From a candidate division WOR-3 bacterium (GTDB lineage: Bacteria; Hydrothermota; Tepidihabitantia; Tepidihabitantales; Tepidihabitantaceae): DNA of 12,995 nucleotides. The position numbers and the translations under genes are program-made. Location: assembly GCA_965648905.1 (NCBI GenBank), contig CBFGIT010000051.1, positions 1-12,995 on the forward strand. The letters are read 5' to 3'. A model generated the notes under the pieces. It was not told the origin of the DNA and did not search any database. It saw only the letters and a program-made list of their open reading frames with translations. This document shows, one piece after another, positions 8,571 through 12,995 of the stretch (its first letter is position 1; each line of letters opens with the position of its first letter).

Positions 8571-10220
8571 CTATACCTCGAACACCCGCCGGCGCTTCTG
8601 GGGCACGGGCGGAGCTTCGGACTCGGGGAAGGCCGCTGCGTCAATCGGCTCGGCAGGCTTGACGGCGCTGGAGGCCAGACGCCACTTCTTCTCCGCGTCC
8701 TGACGCAGGCGCGCTATCCGGTCCGGCATCGAAGCCGAAAGCGGCACGGTATCGCGGATTGACTGTTCGAGGTGCCGGTCTTCGAGCCTGCTTGTCTCTC
8801 CCTCGGCAAAAGCAGCAAAGAGCGCGGATACGACTGCCTGTTCGATTTCGGCGCCGGAGAAGCCTTCGGTGGCGGCCACGTGCCGGGCAAGGTCGAAGTC
8901 GCGCGGGTCCCGGTGGTGCTTGGCCAGGTGGATGGCGAGAATCATGGCCCGCTCCTGCGGGTTGGGCAGGTCGATGAAGAAGATTTCGTCGAACCGGCCC
9001 TTGCGCAGCAGTTCGGGCGGCAGACCTTCGATATCGTTGGCCGTTGCCACGGTGAAGACCGGCTTGCGGTTCTCCTCCATCCACGTGAGCAGGCTGCCGA
9101 AAACCCGCTGGGAAACGCCGGAGTCACCGAAGTCGCCGCGCGAGCCGGCCAGGCCTTTTTCGACTTCATCAATCCAGAGGATACAGGGTGCCACCGCCTC
9201 AGCCAGCTTCAGCGCCCGGCGCATGTTCTCCTCGGACGAGCCGACCAGCCCGGAAAAGACCTTGCCCAGATCGAACTTCAAGAGCGGCATCTTCCATTCC
9301 GACGAGACCGCTTTGGCCGAAAGGCTCTTGCCGCAGCCCGGGACCCCGACCAGGAGCAACCCGCGCGGGTTGGGCAGACCGAACTCCCGGGCTGCCTCGG
9401 AAAATGCCTTCTGGCGCTGGCGCAGCCACTTCTTCAGTTCATCCAGACCGCCAATGCTGCCGAACCGTTCGGGCGTGGAGTAGAACTCGAGCATCCCGGA
9501 CTTGCGGATTATCTGCTCCTTTTCGGCCAGAAGCAGCGGGATGTCGTCCGGGTCAATCCGGCTCCGGGAGACGAGCACCTTGGCCAGAGCGTTCTCGGCC
9601 TCGGCTTCGGTCAGGCCCAAGAGTGCCTTGACCACTGCCTCGCGGCCGCCGTCAGCCAGTCTGACTTCGACCCGCGGGTTGTCGCGCACCTGGTCCACGG
9701 TGTCGTCGAGCACCCGGGCCAGCTCTTCCTCGTCCGGCATTTCTAGGTCGAGCACCGTCAGGTCCTTTTCCAGTTCGGGCGGTATTTTCAGCACCGGCGA
9801 AAGCAGAACCACGGTCTTGCGGGACGCGGCAAAAGGTTCGACCACGTCGCGCAACTGGCGCACGACCAGGGCCGAGACCGGGCTGCGTTCATCCATGAAC
9901 GTGTGGAAGTCGAGCAGGATGAACACGCCCGGGTCCCTTGCCTCGAGCAACAGGGGCAGGATGCGCTTCGGGTCGGCCGCCCGGGCATCGACCACCTTGC
10001 CGTCAAGGGTGCAGAGTCCGCGTGAGACCGACCAGACCAGGGGCCGGCGCTTTGCCAGCTCGCCGCCGGCGACCGCGCGGCCGATCAGCTTGATGGCACG
10101 CTCTTCCTCCGCGGTCACGACGTAGAGTATCGGATAGCCGGCCCGAACGTGAACCTGAAACTGCTGCTGAAACTCGGTGGTCTTTGAGGGCAGCACTGCG
10201 GTCTCTTTGGCCGCGCTCAT
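8571..10220 (-). CDS. Ycf46-like AAA+ ATPase, 549 aa
   Basis: N-terminal YPILYVVTAEEERA and degenerate ATPase-like domain, then [77 protein letters not shown] overlap with the DUF2997 gene. Confidence 0.92.
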   Translation of the reverse strand: MSAAKETAVLPSKTTEFQQQFQVHVRAGYPILYVVTAEEERAIKLIGRAVAGGELAKRRPLVWSVSRGLCTLDGKVVDARAADPKRILPLLLEARDPGVFILLDFHTFMDERSPVSALVVRQLRDVVEPFAASRKTVVLLSPVLKIPPELEKDLTVLDLEMPDEEELARVLDDTVDQVRDNPRVEVRLADGGREAVVKALLGLTEAEAENALAKVLVSRSRIDPDDIPLLLAEKEQIIRKSGMLEFYSTPERFGSIGGLDELKKWLRQRQKAFSEAAREFGLPNPRGLLLVGVPGCGKSLSAKAVSSEWKMPLLKFDLGKVFSGLVGSSEENMRRALKLAEAVAPCILWIDEVEKGLAGSRGDFGDSGVSQRVFGSLLTWMEENRKPVFTVATANDIEGLPPELLRKGRFDEIFFIDLPNPQERAMILAIHLAKHHRDPRDFDLARHVAATEGFSGAEIEQAVVSALFAAFAEGETSRLEDRHLEQSIRDTVPLSASMPDRIARLRQDAEKKWRLASSAVKPAEPIDAAAFPESEAPPVPQKRRRVFEV

Positions 10221-10414
10221 CGCTCAACCTCATGTTCTTGTTCCTGCTCGGTTTCGGTTTCGTGGAACTCGGGCTTGAGCACCCGCTCGCCGATGGGCGT
10301 CCCGAGCCGCTTCTCCAGTTCGGCGGTGAAGGCCAGGCACTCTTCGCCGACCGCGCCCAGGACCTCGACCTTCTGGGTCCCGTCCCTGTGCAGGGTGATT
10401 CTTATCTTTTTCAT
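10217..10414 (-). CDS. DUF2997-family small protein, 65 aa
   Basis: MKKIRITLHRDGTQKVEVLGAVGEECLAFTAELEKRLG...KPEF fits the I.I..DG.V..EV.G..G..C...T..LE..LG pattern. RBS AAGGAGG. Usual neighbour of DUF1257 and Ycf46-like AAA genes. Confidence 0.85.
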   Translation of the reverse strand: MKKIRITLHRDGTQKVEVLGAVGEECLAFTAELEKRLGTPIGERVLKPEFHETETEQEQEHEVER

Positions 10415-10429
10415 ATCATCCTCCTTTGC

Positions 10430-10846
10430 CTAGCCGCGTTCGGACAGCACGATGACCACGTCGCCGTTGGCAAGCCTCTCCTCTTCCTCGACGACGAGAT
10501 TCTGCTCGCGGGCCTGCGCGTGGATGAGATTGTAGCTGTACTGCTGGCTGACCTGCTCGATGAAGCTCTGCTGCCGAATCGGCTGGCCGTTGATTCGGAG
10601 CGGGCTGTGGGAGGCCACGCCAAAGTCCCAGTCGGCCACCGCCTCATAGACTTCGCCGCTCCGGCGCAGGCCGATGTCGTATTCGCATTGCGTATCGACG
10701 ACGATTTCGGCCCGCTCCTGGTTGCCGGCATAGCCGCGCACCACGAGGTTTTCACCTTCCCGGAACTGATAGTGCAGGTCGCGCAGGGCCTGCACCAGGT
10801 GCTCTCGCTCACGCATCTGGGTTCGGATTCTCAGAAAATGTGACAT
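10430..10846 (-). CDS. DUF1257 / Ycf35-like protein, 138 aa
   Basis: MSHF..I.T......L..AL.DL, VRGY.G, YDIG, YE.VAD, Q.Y pattern typical of Ycf35/DUF1257. RBS GAGGAGG. Confidence 0.87.
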   Translation of the reverse strand: MSHFLRIRTQMREREHLVQALRDLHYQFREGENLVVRGYAGNQERAEIVVDTQCEYDIGLRRSGEVYEAVADWDFGVASHSPLRINGQPIRQQSFIEQVSQQYSYNLIHAQAREQNLVVEEEERLANGDVVIVLSERG

Positions 10847-10858
10847 TTCGGTCCTCCT

Positions 10859-12418
10859 CTATCGTACGGTTTCTATCACGCGCCGGCCGGTGCCGGCTTC
10901 GGGTTTCTCTTCGCTTGAGGCCGAGAACGCGCGGCCTTCGGTTTTCCACTTGCGCAGCTCCTCGATGACCGCGACGTGCGACCGGCTGATCGGCACGGTT
11001 TCTTCGAGTTTGGCCAGCAGGTCCTGCTGGGTTATCTCCCGTTCACCGTCAATCAGGGCGGCGATTTCAGCCTCTCGTACCGCCCGCTCGATCTCCCGGC
11101 CGACAAAGCCTGTGGCCTTCTCCACCAACTCGTCCAGCCTGAACTGACGGTCGGGGAAGAGCACATGGGCCCGCTTGAGGTGAATTCGGAATATCTCGGC
11201 CCGCTCCCGCTTGTTGGGCAGGTCCACGAAGAACAACCGGTCGAACCGGCCGATGAACTCGGGCGGCAGCCCCTCGAGAAGGTTCGCGGTTCCGACCACG
11301 TAGACCGGGGTCCGGTGTTCCTGTGCCCAAGTCAGAAAGGTCCCGAGCACGCGCGTCGGCGCGCCGGCGTTTATCGAGCGCGGGTCGGCGCCGGCGAACG
11401 CCTTCTCCACCTCGTCAATCCAAAGCACACACGGGCTGACCGTGTCGGCCAGACTCAGGGCCAGCCGCAGGTGCTTTTCCGACTCGCCGAGCAGGCTGCC
11501 GAACACCGCGCCCAGGTCAAGGCGCAGGAGCGGCCACTTCCACAGCCCGGCAATCATCTTCGCCGAAAGGCTCTTGCCCGTGCCCGGAATCCCGGCTAAG
11601 AGCACGCCGCGTGGCAACCAGGAGAGTTTGTCGCGCTTGTCCGCAGCGAAGCACAGCTCCCGGCCCTTGACGTAGCTCTTGAACAGGTCCAGCCCGCCCA
11701 CGTCTGCTTCGCCGGCGGTCGCGGGCCAGAACTCAAGCGCCCCGCTTTCGCGGATGGCGCGCTGCTTTGCCCGGGTCACGAGGTCGATGCCGCGTTCGTC
11801 AAACACGCGGGTCTGGGCCCAGACCCGTGAGAACGCGAGCCGGGCCTGAGTTGTCGTCAATCCCAGAGCCGACGAGACCAGCTTGTCCCGAACTTCGCGC
11901 CGGGGCAGGCGTGACTTGTCCAGCTTCGACGTGAAGTCGGCGAAGAGTGCGTCGAGTTCGGCCTGATTCGGCAGCGGTACGTCCACGACTACCACCTCGT
12001 CCCGGAGTTCGAACGGCAGAGCATGGTCGCGGTCGAGCAGAGGAGTGAGAAAGACCAGGAACTGGCGCTGGGCGCGCAGGCGCGGAACCATGTTGCGCAG
12101 TTTCCTGATGATGGTGGACCGCACCTTCGACGTCCAACTGAGATGGAAGTCCTTGAGCACCACAAGGTGGTCGGGCGGCATGGCCGCGGCCAGATGCGGC
12201 AGTATCGTATCCGAAGTGCAGTCCTTTGACGGCAGGGGTTTCTCACCTTGCCGGAGCGGCTTAAAACCATCGGCAATGTCCCAACTGGTCACACCGAGCT
12301 TCGCGGTTTCCGCAAGTTCGGTCAGTATCCTCAGCGCCCGTTCTTCCTCATAGGTGACCAGGTGCACGAGCGGCACCTGGGCTTCAATCAAAGAAGCCAG
12401 CTCAGCTTTGAAGTCCAT
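10859..12418 (-). CDS. Divergent Ycf46-like AAA+ ATPase, 519 aa
   Basis: PLVHLVTYEEERA, VGGLDLFK, Walker A GIPGTGKS, Walker B VLWIDEVEK, shortened second region of homology LPPEFIGRFD. Start at ATG 12418 with AAGGAG RBS, not 12511. Confidence 0.9.
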   Translation of the reverse strand: MDFKAELASLIEAQVPLVHLVTYEEERALRILTELAETAKLGVTSWDIADGFKPLRQGEKPLPSKDCTSDTILPHLAAAMPPDHLVVLKDFHLSWTSKVRSTIIRKLRNMVPRLRAQRQFLVFLTPLLDRDHALPFELRDEVVVVDVPLPNQAELDALFADFTSKLDKSRLPRREVRDKLVSSALGLTTTQARLAFSRVWAQTRVFDERGIDLVTRAKQRAIRESGALEFWPATAGEADVGGLDLFKSYVKGRELCFAADKRDKLSWLPRGVLLAGIPGTGKSLSAKMIAGLWKWPLLRLDLGAVFGSLLGESEKHLRLALSLADTVSPCVLWIDEVEKAFAGADPRSINAGAPTRVLGTFLTWAQEHRTPVYVVGTANLLEGLPPEFIGRFDRLFFVDLPNKRERAEIFRIHLKRAHVLFPDRQFRLDELVEKATGFVGREIERAVREAEIAALIDGEREITQQDLLAKLEETVPISRSHVAVIEELRKWKTEGRAFSASSEEKPEAGTGRRVIETVR

Positions 12419-12440
12419 CTCTTTCTCCTTTTCGAATTGA

Positions 12441-12493
12441 TGTGGCAGAGGAATCCATTCCTCGATTCTTGCGGATAGGAGTCCGCTCCCACA
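12441..12493. repeat. REP-like inverted doublet (two GTGG-footed hairpins)
   Basis: Plus strand TGTGGCA-GAGGAAT-CC-ATTCCTC, and minus strand TGTGGGA-GCGGA-CTCCTA-TCCGC. Two hairpins face each other, each preceded by GTGG, like GTRG-family REP doublets. Confidence 0.55.
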
Positions 12494-12529
12494 CAAGTGG
12501 TAAAGCAGCAAAGCAGCAAATGGTAATCA
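12492..12529 (-). promoter_or_regulatory. Post-VR cis element, copy 3 (IMH-like tract)
   Basis: TGATTACCATTTGCTGCTTTGCTGCTTTACCACTTGTG is identical to copy 2, but the downstream hairpin is different. Confidence 0.72.
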
Positions 12530-12995
12530 TCGGACAGTCCTGGCACAGCGAAAACCGTAGTAGTAGGTGCGGTACGACGGGGCAGTGCTGTAGCGACACG
12601 CGCACCGGAAGTGGCCCGGAGAGTCGTTGAGCCACGACCCGCCGCGCACCACGCGGTAGTCGCCACTTTTCGGCAGTGTCAGGTCCCCTCGCTTGTACCG
12701 GTCATAGGCTTCCCTATCATACCAGTCTTCACACCACTCCCGGACGTTTCCGGCCATCTGGTAGAGTCCCCAAGGACTGCACCCTTCAGGATAGGCCCAG
12801 ACAGAGCACGTGGTCTCGCTGCCCCTGTTACCCCAATTCCGGCACCGGCGCCCATCTTCCCAGTCGTTTCCCCACGGATACTCTCTTCCATCCACGCCCC
12901 GCGCGCCTTTCTCCCATTCCAGCTCGGTCGGCAGGCGCAGACCCGCCCACCTGCAGTACGCAGTCGCATCGCCCCAGCTCACGCAGACCACCGGG
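12527..12995 (-). CDS. DGR target protein 3, FGE-sulfatase/CLec-fold, 3' part (5' end beyond the right edge or continued from 1-333)
   Basis: [33 protein letters not shown]...GNVREWCED...RVVRGGSW...GFRCARTVR, open to the edge of the window. Confidence 0.94.
   Translation of the reverse strand, partial: PVVCVSWGDATAYCRWAGLRLPTELEWEKGARGVDGREYPWGNDWEDGRRCRNWGNRGSETTCSVWAYPEGCSPWGLYQMAGNVREWCEDWYDREAYDRYKRGDLTLPKSGDYRVVRGGSWLNDSPGHFRCACRYSTAPSYRTYYYGFRCARTVR
12540..12665 (-). repeat. Variable repeat VR3
   Basis: 126 nt, colinear with TR. 17 substitutions, all at TR adenines. Confidence 0.97.
12974..12995 (+). repeat. Terminal direct repeat, right copy (identical to 1-22)
   Basis: Exact 22-nt match to the start of the window. 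Confidence 0.95.

Noticed and set aside
6992..8662. Long plus-strand ORFs (6992-8662, 2874-3950, 3340-4410, 1213-2172, 8772-9746 and others)
   Set aside because: They are antisense shadows of well-supported minus-strand genes in GC-rich DNA and have no recognisable motifs.
12419..12511. N-terminal extensions MLLYHLC... on the AAA (12511) and avd (1098) ORFs
   Set aside because: Both come from the same non-coding post-VR element. Downstream ATGs fit family N-termini better, and 12418 has a clear RBS.
1..12995. Prophage or plasmid
   Set aside because: No structural, terminase, integrase, replication or partition genes are visible. The terminal repeat lies within a multicopy gene and is not independent evidence of a replicon.

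Overview
A GC-rich bacterial locus with every real gene on the minus strand in one tightly packed run. It is a multi-target diversity-generating retroelement (DGR) interleaved with an apparent chaperone/ATPase/kinase operon. DGR parts seen directly: an avd accessory gene (670-1029), a 126-nt adenine-rich template repeat (TR, 533-658), a structured spacer RNA region 3' of TR, and three variable repeats (VR; 1127-1255, 5503-5631, 12540-12665) at the 3' ends of near-identical stand-alone FGE-sulfatase/C-type-lectin-fold genes. The VRs differ from TR almost only at TR adenines. Between the targets lie a Ycf46-like AAA+ ATPase, DUF1257 (Ycf35-like), DUF2997, a second Ycf46-like AAA+, a Ser/Thr kinase-AAA+ fusion with a WNK-like relocated lysine, a HEAT-repeat protein, a GrpE-like protein and an atypical Hsp70. 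No reverse transcriptase gene is in the window. The first and last 22 nt are identical, and joining the ends fuses the two partial target genes into one in-frame 259-aa gene, so the sequence is an apparent circle or an assembly loop. Family assignments come from motif recognition by eye, not database searches.
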